The notes beneath the pieces were generated by a model. That model saw only the letters and a list, made by a program, of their open reading frames with translations, was not told where the DNA came from and ran no database searches. Made by a program: the position numbers and the translations under genes. A DNA stretch of 64,000 nucleotides from an uncultured Verrucomicrobiae bacterium (GTDB lineage Bacteria; Verrucomicrobiota; Verrucomicrobiia; Limisphaerales; JAFGQR01), in the NCBI GenBank assembly GCA_963788655.1, contig CAWBHS010000009.1:1-64000 (forward strand), read 5' to 3'. Shown here one piece after another: positions 29,044-40,887 of this stretch. How positions within the stretch are numbered: the first letter of the stretch is position 1; every line of letters starts with the position of its first letter.

Positions 29044-30792
29044 CTATTCCACTTCGTGGGTGACCACTTGCAGGATGCGTTTCTCGCGCTCCAACAGTAG
29101 TTGGCCCAGACGCCCGAGACTGAGCCAGTAAGCGAAAGCCAGCACCACCACCATCAGGACGGATAGCGTGAGGCTGACCGGCACTCCCGGCAACCAAGCA
29201 AAAAGATTGGCCAGCAAACCGAGCGCCGGCGGAATGAAAATCGGAATCATGACCAACGGGAACAGCAGGTGGACGGCGAAGATCAGCACCGTGGCTTTCA
29301 ACGGCATCTTGGTAGGTTTGAGGCCGCCAGTCCCGATTCGATAGGGAACCAGAATGGAGGCGAAGTTGCCCACGATGCAGGTAATTTGAAACGCCGCGAC
29401 AAATTGCACCGCTGCCGCCAGGATTCCCAGGGCCGACAACCCGAAAACGAACTTGATAATCGCCAGCAGAACCAACCCCATTACGGCGACGACCGGCAGC
29501 AGGGCCAGGTTCTTGCCGAGCAACAAAAGCTTTCGCGGCGCCGGCAACAGGACCAGGGCCCGGAAACCTTCCCGGTCGAATCCAAACTGGTTCATCATGA
29601 TTTGCAGCAGGCTCATGAAAGCGAACACCACCAAACCCGTAGCCACAAACGGCGCCGCTTTCCCGGACATCGCCTCGACGTTTCGCGCAAACACGATCGT
29701 GCTGATGACCACCAGCATGACGAACGAGGAAGCGAATGCCAGTCGCACTTCCGGGGCGCGGCTCATCGACCGAAACGTGGCCAGCGCCATGACGCCCGCT
29801 TCTTCCGGCACGCCGGGCACCTGTTTCTCCAGGAAATTGCCACGGGCTTTTACGGCGGTCTTTGGCCGGGGCTTTACTTTCTTGGCCGCTGTCTGCCCCT
29901 GGCCCTGGTAAAACCGTAAGGTGCCGCGATAGGCCCGGTGCAAACCCAAACCGCCCAGGATGAACGCGCCGAACGCACCCCAGAGGGCGGGCCAGACGTT
30001 TCCGTTCGCCAACGTCCGGGCGCCGTTGGCGATCCACAACAAAGGCACCGCTTGATGGACCGTCAACGACACCGGAGAAAGCAGTGCGTTTCGCCGCTGG
30101 GTTCTCCGATTCGAACTGGATCGGTCGGCGGCAATGGTTTCGGTCCGTCGCGCGCGGCGGTGCCCGTGATCCAGGATGACATTGAAATAGAGATTCGGCG
30201 CCTGAGCGATGAGGATGAGGGCCAGGGTAAGGCCCACGATGATGGCGCGGCGCCGCCGCTGATTGACCATCAAAGTTACCAGCCAGCCTCGCAGACAATA
30301 CGTCCAGGCCGTGATCATGAACAGAAAGCCCGCCACCAGCGGCAACAACAGGAACATGATCGGTCCCCGGCCCACCCCCAAACCAACCGCCAATCCGAAC
30401 ATGGCGGGCACGGACAAAATCAGCATCGGGCGAAGATGGGATACGAAGTAGTTCACCACAAACACGCCTTTCAGGGAAATCGGCAGGTGCAGCAGACGCC
30501 CGATGTCGATGGCTTCCGAACGTTGGATTTCGGTGATCACACCGAACATCCAAAAGAACAAAAAGAATCCGATCACCACGTCCCAAACCACCATCAGATC
30601 CGTGGCCGGCGCTTTGGTCAGGCCGAACGTCCCCAGCAGCACGCCGCCGATCCCGCCGCCGATGGCCATCACCACGCCGGCAATCGCCGCGAGCACGGCG
30701 AGCACCGCGTTGAGCCGGTTGCCGCGCAACCACTGATTGCGATTCAATCGCCAGCGCAACCAGACGATGGTCTTGAGTTGGGCCCAGTTCAC
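29044..30792 (-). CDS. Putative ABC exporter permease
   Basis: About 12 TM helices, LLHLPIS and NQFGFDREG motifs; directly downstream of the ABC ATPase. Confidence 0.8.
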   Translation of the reverse strand: MNWAQLKTIVWLRWRLNRNQWLRGNRLNAVLAVLAAIAGVVMAIGGGIGGVLLGTFGLTKAPATDLMVVWDVVIGFFLFFWMFGVITEIQRSEAIDIGRLLHLPISLKGVFVVNYFVSHLRPMLILSVPAMFGLAVGLGVGRGPIMFLLLPLVAGFLFMITAWTYCLRGWLVTLMVNQRRRRAIIVGLTLALILIAQAPNLYFNVILDHGHRRARRTETIAADRSSSNRRTQRRNALLSPVSLTVHQAVPLLWIANGARTLANGNVWPALWGAFGAFILGGLGLHRAYRGTLRFYQGQGQTAAKKVKPRPKTAVKARGNFLEKQVPGVPEEAGVMALATFRSMSRAPEVRLAFASSFVMLVVISTIVFARNVEAMSGKAAPFVATGLVVFAFMSLLQIMMNQFGFDREGFRALVLLPAPRKLLLLGKNLALLPVVAVMGLVLLAIIKFVFGLSALGILAAAVQFVAAFQITCIVGNFASILVPYRIGTGGLKPTKMPLKATVLIFAVHLLFPLVMIPIFIPPALGLLANLFAWLPGVPVSLTLSVLMVVVLAFAYWLSLGRLGQLLLEREKRILQVVTHEVE

Positions 30793-30794
30793 GG

Positions 30795-31556
30795 TCAGCC
30801 TTCCAGCCAGCTCAGTTTCTGCGTCTCCACTTCATGATCCCCCACCGCCGCGAGGAAGCGTTCTTCCAGCGTGCCCGCCAGACGCAATTCTGCCATCGAT
30901 TCCTGATGGACCAGTTTGCCTTGGGCGATGATGCCCACGTCCGTGCAGAGCTTTTCGACAATCTCCAGCACGTGCGAGGTCAGGAACACCGTGGCCCCGC
31001 GCTGGACGCAGCGTTTCAGCGTGTCGCGCAACACGCGGGAGGACACGGCATCCACCCCTTCGAACGGTTCATCGAGGAAGAGCAAATCCGGATTCGGCAG
31101 GAGCGCCGCAGCCAGCGCCAGTTTCTTTTTCATGCCGGTCGAGAACTCCAGCGTCAGCTTCGTGTCTTCGTGTTCGAGGCCCATCATCAGCAGCAATTCC
31201 TGGCAACGCTCGCGCACCGTGTCTTTTGGCAGGAGATACATGCGTCCGATGAACGTCAGATATTCGCGCGCCGTGAGATTGTCGAACAGACTGAGGTTCT
31301 CCGGCACCACCCCGATACGGCGTTTCAATTCGCGGGCTGTATCCAAGTCCGCCACGTCCTCGCCCAAGATGCGAATCGCGCCGCTGGTGGGCGCGAGCAG
31401 GCCGGTCAGCATTTTGATGGTCGTGGATTTGCCCGCCCCGTTGGGGCCCAGGAAACCATAAAACCGCCCGCCCTCGACGCGCAAATTGAGGCCATCGACG
31501 GCGATGAATGCTCCAAAACGCCGGGTCAGGTCGGTGGTTTCGATTGCCATGTTCAT
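30795..31556 (-). CDS. ABC transporter ATP-binding protein
   Basis: GPNGAGKST, FSTGMKKK, LFLDEP, H-loop TSH. Confidence 0.95.
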   Translation of the reverse strand: MNMAIETTDLTRRFGAFIAVDGLNLRVEGGRFYGFLGPNGAGKSTTIKMLTGLLAPTSGAIRILGEDVADLDTARELKRRIGVVPENLSLFDNLTAREYLTFIGRMYLLPKDTVRERCQELLLMMGLEHEDTKLTLEFSTGMKKKLALAAALLPNPDLLFLDEPFEGVDAVSSRVLRDTLKRCVQRGATVFLTSHVLEIVEKLCTDVGIIAQGKLVHQESMAELRLAGTLEERFLAAVGDHEVETQKLSWLEG

Positions 31557-31702
31557 AAACGATTCGCGTTGGACGCCTGTGGAGATTTTCCGAAGGTGCC
31601 GCGGTCATTATGGACTGGAACCAACCGACAACGCAATCCTGGCAACTCATGGTTCAGATGATGCATTGCCAGACTTAAAGAAATCCAGTTAGAGTTACGC
31701 CC

Positions 31703-32563
31703 ATGAACACATTTCAATTTCCCCTGTACCTCCTCATCGTATCGGGTTTGCTTCGCACCATGGCCGGAGAGTCGCCCAAGATTGACACATTGTCGGCCGA
31801 CGATTGGGTAGCCCCGATGAAACAAGTACACGCCCGGTTCACCGGCACGCCGGGCACGTTCGCTGAGTTTGGCGATTCGATCACCTTCACCATGGCCTTC
31901 TGGACTCCGCTCGCTTACGAAGCCCGCAACCTCAGTCCGGCGGCCGAACGAGCGTACCGCCTGGTCAAGACGTACCAGCGGCCGGAGTGCTGGCGCGAAT
32001 GGAAAGGACCGGAGTTTGGCAACAACGGTTCGATGACCATTCGTTGGGCGTTGGCCAACGTGGATCAATGGTTGAAAAAGCTGAACCCCGAAGTCGCGGT
32101 CCTGCTTTTTGGCAGCAATGACGTGGGGCAGATGGACGTGGAGGAGTATGTCGTCAAAACCCGCGAAGTCGTGCAACGCTGTCTCAAACGCGGGACCATC
32201 GTGATCCTGACCACCATGCCACCACACAGCGGTCGGGTCGAAAAGTCTCGTCGGTTTGCCGCGGCCGCGCGAAAGCTGGCCGGCGAATTGCAGGTGCCAT
32301 TAATTGATTACGCCGCGGAAATTCTTCAGCGCCGGCCCACCGATTGGGATGGGTCACTCCCCCAGTTCAAAACCACGCCGGGAGATGGGTATCAAGTGCC
32401 GACGCTCATTTCCCGCGACGGCGTGCATCCTTCGAATCCCAAACGCTGGAGCGACGATTACTCGGATGATGGTTTGCGCCACAGCGGTTATGGCTTGCGG
32501 AATTACCTGACGTTGATGGCGTATGCCGAGGTCATCACGCACGTGTTGCAGCCGGAGAAATAG
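31703..32563 (+). CDS. SGNH/GDSL hydrolase, secreted
   Basis: FGDSIT, FGSND, DGVHP. Confidence 0.88.
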   Translation: MNTFQFPLYLLIVSGLLRTMAGESPKIDTLSADDWVAPMKQVHARFTGTPGTFAEFGDSITFTMAFWTPLAYEARNLSPAAERAYRLVKTYQRPECWREWKGPEFGNNGSMTIRWALANVDQWLKKLNPEVAVLLFGSNDVGQMDVEEYVVKTREVVQRCLKRGTIVILTTMPPHSGRVEKSRRFAAAARKLAGELQVPLIDYAAEILQRRPTDWDGSLPQFKTTPGDGYQVPTLISRDGVHPSNPKRWSDDYSDDGLRHSGYGLRNYLTLMAYAEVITHVLQPEK

Positions 32564-32676
32564 GGTGGCTTCTGCGGTAACCATCTTGGAGCGCCGATGC
32601 CCTCATCCGCGTTCCAGACGTTTTGGGTGGCTGAGGCAACTTGCTGTAAAACGCGCCGAGGTTTACCGCGCCTGAA

Positions 32677-33034
32677 CGTGCTGCCGGCATCCTGCCGGCA
32701 GATCGAACGTGACAATCGCCGACGAACTGAGGACGGATGTTGGTGCGCACTCACCGCATCCGATTCTTCCGGCGAGACGCCGAAAGCACGTTGCAGCGTG
32801 CTGCCGGCATCCTGCCGGCAGATCGAACGTGACAATCGCAGACGAACTGAGAACGGATGTTGGTGCGCACTCGCCGCGTCCGATTCTTCCGGCGAGACGC
32901 CGAAAGCACGTTGTAGCGTGCTGCCGGCATCCTGCCGGCAGATCGAACGTGACAATCGCCGACGAACTGAAAACGGATGTTGGTGCGCACTCGCTGCGTC
33001 CGATTCTTTCGGCGAGACGCCGAAAGCACGTTGC
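32677..33034. repeat. Three tandem 120-bp REPIN units
   Basis: Near-identical units start at 32677, 32797 and 32917, each bounded by CGTGCTGCCGGCATCCTGCCGGCAG and an inverted variant. Confidence 0.92.
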
Positions 33035-33079
33035 TCCGGCTTGCTATGGCGGGAGGCAATAACGTAGCTTGGCGGTTGA

Positions 33080-34213
33080 ATGCGGCTTTTGGACCGGTAT
33101 TTGTTGCGCGAGCTCGTGGTCCCGTTCGGCTATTGTCTGAGCGGGTTTTTAATCTTTTGGATATCCTTCGATCTCGTGGCTCAACTGGAAAAGTTCCAGC
33201 AGCTCCAGCTTGCGACCTCAGAAATTGTGCAGTTTTACTGGTTCAAATCGCCCGAGTTTTTTGCCGTGGTATTGCCGGTCGCGCTCCTGCTGGCCTTACT
33301 TTACGCGCTGACCAATCACGCGCGGCACCACGAACTGACCGCCATTCGCGCGGCGGGCGTCAGCTTGTGGCGGCTGGCAATGCCGTATCTCGGCCTGGGT
33401 TTTGGACTGAGTCTGGTCTTGTTCGGAATCAATGAGATTTGGGCGCCGCGTGGGGCCGAAGCGGCCGAGCAGATCTTGCGCGGGCACTCGGAAGACGCGG
33501 GCAATGTCGCACGAACAATGGAGAGCAAATTCGGCTTCCGTAATGCCCGGGAACAACGCAACTGGTACATGGCTGCGTTTGATCTGGTGACCAGTGAGAT
33601 GCTTTACCCGCACGTTACGTGGTCGTTGCCGGACGGTTCCGTGGAGGAGATTTACGCCGATCGCGCCACTTATGAGAACGGCCATTGGGTGTTCAGCGGC
33701 GGGCGAACCAATGTGCAGGTGTTGCTCTATCCACCGGGTCGCGGCGAAATCGGGAACGTGCGCCGTTTTGCGACGAATTGCCTGCCCATGCCGCAGTTTA
33801 CGGAGAGCCCCGAAGTGATTAGGAGCGAAATCAAGGTGCAGAAAATGAGCAGCCTGCGCGAAGCCCGGCGCACGGAATTATCAATCCGCGAGATCCAGGA
33901 TTACCTGCGGTTGCACCCGGACGAGCGGGCCAAGCGCGCCATGTTGAAAACAAAGTTGTACGGCCGCATTGCCGCGCCTTGGACGTGTCTGGTGGTCGTC
34001 CTGATCGCCTTGCCGTTCGGGGCCGCGCCGGGCCGCCGCAATGTGTTCGCGGGGGTGGCCAGCAGTATCCTGATTTGTTTCAGCTATTTCGTGTTGTTGC
34101 AACTGGGTCTGGCGCTGGGCACGCGCGGCGCTCTGCCCGCCTGGCTGGCAGCGTGGGGGCCTAATTTGGTGTTCGGGCTGGGCGGGATTTACCTGGCGTG
34201 GCGCATTCGTTGA
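33080..34213 (+). CDS. LptF/LptG family LPS export permease
   Basis: MRLLDRYLLRE, HELTAIRAAGVSL, 3+3 TM layout, AAWGPNLVF. Confidence 0.9.
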   Translation: MRLLDRYLLRELVVPFGYCLSGFLIFWISFDLVAQLEKFQQLQLATSEIVQFYWFKSPEFFAVVLPVALLLALLYALTNHARHHELTAIRAAGVSLWRLAMPYLGLGFGLSLVLFGINEIWAPRGAEAAEQILRGHSEDAGNVARTMESKFGFRNAREQRNWYMAAFDLVTSEMLYPHVTWSLPDGSVEEIYADRATYENGHWVFSGGRTNVQVLLYPPGRGEIGNVRRFATNCLPMPQFTESPEVIRSEIKVQKMSSLREARRTELSIREIQDYLRLHPDERAKRAMLKTKLYGRIAAPWTCLVVVLIALPFGAAPGRRNVFAGVASSILICFSYFVLLQLGLALGTRGALPAWLAAWGPNLVFGLGGIYLAWRIR

Positions 34214-34334
34214 GAATGGAAATGTAAGGTGTGGAAGCGTTAAGTTAGAGTTAACGAAGTCTCGCTCTACCAGGATTGCGTTGGGACGTCGCGGTAGGAC
34301 ATTTGGGTGGGAATGAATCATTGACGGTTAAACA

Positions 34335-36080
34335 ATGAGTGAAGAACTGTCGCCATTGCGGGAACGGTTTGAACGGTTGAACCTGCTGTACCAGGTCAGC
34401 AATGTCATTCACTCGACGCTCGAACCCGAGGAAGCCCTGCAACTCATCGTTCGCGAAGCCGTTCGGCTGATGCGGGCCTCGAGCGGATCGGTGGCCCTGA
34501 TTAATCCCACCAACGGCTTCCTGGAAATCCAAGCCTGGGAAGGGTTGCCCGCGCATGCCGGCCGGTTGAAGCTGCGGGTCGGGGAAGGCATCACCGGCTG
34601 GGTCACCCGCCTGGGCCAACCCGCCCGCGTGGGAAACGTGCAGGCGGATCCGCGTTACGTCATGGTGCGCCCGGAAGTCCGTTCAGAAATGGCGGTGCCG
34701 TTGGCGGTGCGGGGCGAAATTTCCGGCGTCATCAACGTGGACTCGGATCGGCCCGAGGCCTTCAGTGAGAGCGATCTCGAATTGTTGGCTGAACTGGCCG
34801 TGCAAGCCGCGAAGGTCATTCAGAACACCTGGCTGTACGAACAGTTGCGGCTGAAGGCCCGGTTGTTGGAATCGTTGGTCAGCGTGGGCCAGACGATTAA
34901 TTCCACGTTGAACCTGGACGAAGCCCTCAAGGTGATTACCCGGGAAGCCTGTCACCTGATGGAAACCAAGATGTGCTCGTTGTTGCTGGTGGACGCGGAG
35001 CGCGCCGGTCTGGACCTGCGCGCGCACTTCGGCGCCGGCCAGGCGTATTTGGGAAAACCGCGTTTGAGCGTCACCGAGAGTCTGTTGGGCACGGTCGTTC
35101 GCCGCAAGAAACCATTGCAGGTGGAAAACGTGCAAACCTCGAGCCGTTACCAACACGTGGACATCGCGCAGGAGGAAGGATTGGTTTCCCTGCTCAGCGT
35201 GCCGTTGCTGTTTGCCGGCGAGGCCATCGGCACCTTGAATGTTTATTCGGGGCAACTCCATTTGTTCTCCAACGAGGAAATTCGCATCCTCTCGGCGCTG
35301 GCGGAGTTGTCGGCCATCGCCATTGAAAAGGCCCGGCTCTACGAACGCATCGTCGATATCGAGGAGCAGTTGCGGCAGAACGAAAAACTCAGCGCGCTCG
35401 GTTTGCTGGCGGCCGAAGTCGCTCACGAAATCCGCAATCCGCTCACGGTGATGAAGATGCTCTATCACTCGCTGGATTTGAATTTCCCGCTCACGGATCC
35501 GCGCGCCAAAGACGTGCAGATCATGGGGGAAAAGATGGATCAATTGAACAAGATCGTGGAACAAATCCTCGATTTCGCCCGAAGCAACGAGCCGCAAATC
35601 GCCCCCGTGGATGTCAACACCGTGCTCGAGGAGTTGAGTCTGCTCACCCGTCACAAGTTGCACCAGCAGCAAGTGGAATTCGTTAAGTATTTGGCGCCGG
35701 ACTTGCCGCCCATCCTGGCCGATGCTGCGCATTTGGAACAGGCTTTTCTCAACCTGACCTTGAATGCCGTGCAAGCCATGCCGAAAGGGGGACGGCTAAC
35801 CGTGACTACCCGCGCGGTCCAAACCGAGGACGTCGGGACCATGCTGCCACAGATTGTGATTGAATTCACTGATACGGGCGAAGGGATGACCCCCGAACGG
35901 CAAAAGCAAGCCTTTGCCTCGCTGTTAAACACCAGCAAGCAAGGCGGCACGGGTCTGGGATTGGCGATTGTGCGGCGGGTGGTGGAAGCGCATCAGGGCA
36001 CGGTGTCCATCCGTTCCCAGTCCGGCGAGGGAACCACCATCAGCATTGGCCTGCCGGTGCGAAGCAACGGGGCCGCGTAA
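34335..36080 (+). CDS. Cytoplasmic sensor histidine kinase with two GAF domains
   Basis: GEGITGWV/VPL GAF motifs twice, VAHEIRNPL, NAVQAM, DTGEG, GTGLGL. Confidence 0.93.
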   Translation: MSEELSPLRERFERLNLLYQVSNVIHSTLEPEEALQLIVREAVRLMRASSGSVALINPTNGFLEIQAWEGLPAHAGRLKLRVGEGITGWVTRLGQPARVGNVQADPRYVMVRPEVRSEMAVPLAVRGEISGVINVDSDRPEAFSESDLELLAELAVQAAKVIQNTWLYEQLRLKARLLESLVSVGQTINSTLNLDEALKVITREACHLMETKMCSLLLVDAERAGLDLRAHFGAGQAYLGKPRLSVTESLLGTVVRRKKPLQVENVQTSSRYQHVDIAQEEGLVSLLSVPLLFAGEAIGTLNVYSGQLHLFSNEEIRILSALAELSAIAIEKARLYERIVDIEEQLRQNEKLSALGLLAAEVAHEIRNPLTVMKMLYHSLDLNFPLTDPRAKDVQIMGEKMDQLNKIVEQILDFARSNEPQIAPVDVNTVLEELSLLTRHKLHQQQVEFVKYLAPDLPPILADAAHLEQAFLNLTLNAVQAMPKGGRLTVTTRAVQTEDVGTMLPQIVIEFTDTGEGMTPERQKQAFASLLNTSKQGGTGLGLAIVRRVVEAHQGTVSIRSQSGEGTTISIGLPVRSNGAA

Positions 36081-36943
36081 CGTGCTGCCGGCATCCTGCC
36101 GGCAGTTTTGGAACGGCCGCTACGAATCAATGACCAATGCCCCAATGCCCCAATGACCAGAGAAGGACCAAGGCCCAACTCAACGGCCGAGTGCCGAAAG
36201 TAATGGCAAACGTCGCGCCAGCGTTTGGAGTGCGTGGAGCTTGCTCCCGCTTTCGCCGAACCAACGCATCACAAACGAGACAGCGGCGCCAGCAATTCTG
36301 CGACACCTTCCTGCTGCCCGAAAGCGCCGGCAAGCCGGGCGCACTCCAAACGCTGGCGCGACGTTTGGAGGCAGTAGGCGAGTCGCGCGTCGCACGCGGA
36401 TATGGAAGGACGGCGGCAGGATTTTTTATTTCGGATGCGTGGCAGGCTGGGTGTGCAAGTTGGGTCGGGGTGTCTGCGTTCGATTCTGCCGGCGAGACGC
36501 CGGCAGCACGTTGTCCAGCGTGCGGCCGGCATCCTGCCGGCAGTTTGGAACGGCGATCACAAATCAATGACCAATGTTCAATGAACCAATGACCAGAGAA
36601 GGACCAAGACCCAATGGCCAAGTGCCGAAAGCACTCGCAAACGTCGCGCCAGCGTTTGGAGTGCGTGGAGCTTGCTCCCGCTTTCGCCGAACCAACGCAT
36701 CACAAACGAGACAGCGGCGCCAGCAATTCTGCGACACCTTCCTCCTGCCCGAAAGCGCCGGCAAGCCGGACGCACTCCAAACGCTGGCGCGACGTTTGGA
36801 GGTAGTGGGCGAGTCGCGCGGCGCACGCGGATGTGGAAGGACGGCGGCGGGATTTTTTATTTCGGATGCGTGGCAGGCTGGGTGTGCAAATTTGGTCGGC
36901 TTGCCGGCATTCGTTTCTGCCGGCGAGACGCCGGCAGCACGTT
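36079..36943. repeat. Two tandem composite (nested) REP elements of about 430 bp
   Basis: Units 36079-36512 and 36519-36943. Outer arms match the 32.7-kb repeats; inner inverted repeat AACGTCGCGCCAGCGTTTGGAGTGCG; AATGACC short repeats. Confidence 0.9.
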
Positions 36944-36975
36944 AAGGCCCCGCGCTGCCGGCCGCTTGACAAAGC

Positions 36976-38300
<1,325 letters not shown>

Positions 38301-38751
38301 AGCTATTTGTCGTTAATTTCGATCCAGAATTGCGGGTATTGCTAAAGGAATCTGCCCCCCAGTGCAAGTGGAAAAGGGAATCAAGGGAATCGGTCTGCGG
38401 CCAGGGGTGGAATGTTGAAGGTTTGAAGCGGGGAAGCCGCGAGGCGGCGGACGAGGATGATTGAAAACAGTAATACCGCGTGACAACCGGGCAAATTCAA
38501 GGCCGGAACCCGATTCCAGAAACCTGCGTCCGCGTCGTCCCGCACTCGGGCCAAACTGGCTCGGGTCGCCGTGCTTCGGCGTTCGGGCCTGCAGCACTTT
38601 GGATCTTGGATTTTGGTCTTGGCCTTAGTGTTGGCCCAGGCATGTTTCTTCTGAGTTCAGAGCCCCTGCGGCTTCAGCTTGCCTGGAAAACAAAAAAGTC
38701 GCATTTCCCGGCAACTTGGTGTATATAGCTGCCGAAATCAGCCCGTAAACA

Positions 38752-40060
38752 ATGAAAACAGCAAGTTGTATCGCTGGGGTCATTCACCCTAACCCCCTAA
38801 GATATTGGTTTATGCGTATTCTGCTTTTGGGAGCGTCGTTAATGTTTAGTGCCTACCTCGCCATTGCCACCGCGCCCCCTCCCCCAAACGACAATTGCGA
38901 CAACGCGATTCCGCTTACCCCGGCGAGCTTCCCCTTTTTGACGGAGCCCATCTATGACCTTTCCGGAGCCACCAGCGTGGGGGATCCAGAGTTTGAATGC
39001 TCGTTATTTCGGGCGCCAACCAACAGCGTGTGGTACACGTTCACGCCGGAGAACTCCGGTACGTATGCCCTGTCCACCGCCGATGGCACGGTGACCTTTA
39101 CCAACCTGGACACGGTGTTGGGAGTTTACGAAGTCACCAATGGATGCGCGGCGGTCGAGGACTTCGTGCTGGTCAACTGCAACAATGATGTCGGCGATGA
39201 GCTTCGGGCCAAGTTGTTTGCCACGCTGACCGCGGGAACCACCTATTACATTTACGTGGCTCTGTTCGAAACCTACACCTACGAAGGCGGCACCAACACG
39301 GTGCAACTCTTGATCGATCTCATCTCCCCGCCGGCCAATGATTTTTGTTCTTCGGCCGAGGTCATTCCCACCGATGCCGCTTTTCCCTACCGGACGGCGA
39401 TTCACGACATTGCCGGCGCCACGACCAATGGCAGCCCGGTTACCGTGCCGGCTTGTCAGGAAAGCGCAGTGCGGAGTGTGTGGTTCACGTTCCGTCCGTC
39501 CGCCGATGCGGAATATGATTTTTCAACCTGTTCCGAGCTGACGGAAACGCTGGTTACCGATACGGTCCTGGCGCTTTATTCGGCCCCCAACGGGTGTGAC
39601 GGAACTTTGACGGAGGTGGCCTGCAATGATGATGACGAAACCAGCACTTGCCAGGAAGAAAATCTGCAATCGTACATTTCCGCCTTTTTGAACCACGACA
39701 CCGATTATTACATCGTGATTTGGCAATGGTATGATCCGGAGTTCACCGTTATCGACGAAGTCCACCCCGGAGATTCTTTGGTGCAACTGTACGTGAACTC
39801 CGATTATGTGCCGCCCATCGCGGTGGCGATCCGGCCGGCGAAGGAAGGAGCGTATGTCCTCGATTTCGCCGGGATGGAGGGCCTGCAGGTACGAAGTTCT
39901 AGGTTCGTCAGAGATCTCATTGGACCTCCTAAATTGGGATCATGTCGCCACGTTGGGGAGTGAGAATTACGACCCGTCCACCGGACATTTTTCTTACACA
40001 GTTGATCCCAACGACCCGCTCTACTCGCCACCGCACTTCTTCCGCATCAAAGCGCTGTGA
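38752..40060 (+). CDS. Secreted acidic protein with two PPC-like repeats; 3' frameshift
   Basis: Two repeats P.ND.C..A...SVW(Y/F)TF.P...Y..ST...DTVL..Y...CN.D. Frame 39806..40060 supplies a C-terminus ending FFRIKAL. Confidence 0.75.
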
Positions 40061-40109
40061 CGCTTTTGCCCGGTAATTCCAAGCCGAACCAATCCCAGGC
40101 GGACAACCG

Positions 40110-40227
40110 GTAGGACAGACGTCTCGCCTGTCCCGGATAATCGGAGAGCGTTCACTTATCTTGCTTGTCACCGAATGGCCATCGGACGGGTTTGGGTCAC
40201 TCGGGACCGCCGGGACGGCTGTCCTAC
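40110..40227. repeat. GTAGGACAG-family REP doublet
   Basis: GTAGGACAGACGTCTCGCCTGTCCC with an inverted degenerate partner ending CTGTCCTAC. Confidence 0.7.
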
Positions 40228-40326
40228 AGATGGCTGCTCGGTTGCGTTGCGGTGCGATGTCTGGTCAGGCGGTGCTTGGCGCGGCGTTTGCGTGCTGCCT
40301 GAAGGCCGGATTTCAAACTGGCAACC

Positions 40327-40770
40327 TTACGCCAAAACTGCTGCCGGCGCGGCGTCGACCTTTTCGTCGAACTCCGGCGGCAGGGGCGTGGCGTGCATGG
40401 TGCCGTCCGGTCGATAAGCCACACATACGACCGTAATCCAACCGCGGGCGGCTTCTTCAGTCGGAGCGCCATTCAGTTTGCGAAAGCGAAATTCGTAAGT
40501 GAGGGCTTTGCTGCGCTTCTGTACGACGAGCAAGTGGACCTCGACTTCGTCCTCGAACCGCAGCGGGTGCTTGTAATCGCACTTCGCGTGTACCCGCGGC
40601 CAGCCCACCTGCTCCTCGATGCCGCCCGGAGCCACCGAAAATCCCAGTGATCGGAAGAACGCGTGCTCGGCCGTTTCCATGAACCGGAAGAAATTCGAGA
40701 AATGCATGATCCCGGCCATGTCAGTCTCGGAAAACTCCACGCGCCGCGTGATTTTGAACTCGTACACCAT
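40327..40770 (-). CDS. Acyl-CoA thioesterase (4HBT/YbgC family)
   Basis: RVEFSETDMAGIMHFSNFFRFME, YKHPLRFED. Confidence 0.9.
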   Translation of the reverse strand: MVYEFKITRRVEFSETDMAGIMHFSNFFRFMETAEHAFFRSLGFSVAPGGIEEQVGWPRVHAKCDYKHPLRFEDEVEVHLLVVQKRSKALTYEFRFRKLNGAPTEEAARGWITVVCVAYRPDGTMHATPLPPEFDEKVDAAPAAVLA

Positions 40771-40887
40771 GACCCAATCCTAATCGTTCGCCCGCAACTC
40801 GGTCACGGCAAATCAACGCCCGTGGGCACATACATGCCCGAGGTGAATCGATACTCTATAACGTTCGATGGTCAGCGATTAATTTGT

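Noticed and set aside
28991..30733. 580-aa alternative-frame ORF
   Set aside because: Arg/Gly-rich with no motifs, and it overlaps the coherent membrane permease frame
32677..33034. CRISPR array
   Set aside because: The intervening sequences are near-identical rather than unique spacers, the period is 120 bp, and no cas genes are present
32503..33067. Repeat-protein ORFs across the 120-bp array
   Set aside because: Open frames on both strands arise because the unit length is a multiple of three; the content is REP hairpins
40083..40110. Solitary attC beginning GCCGAAC after the 40060 stop
   Set aside because: No matching L box or closing GTT core; it runs directly into a REP
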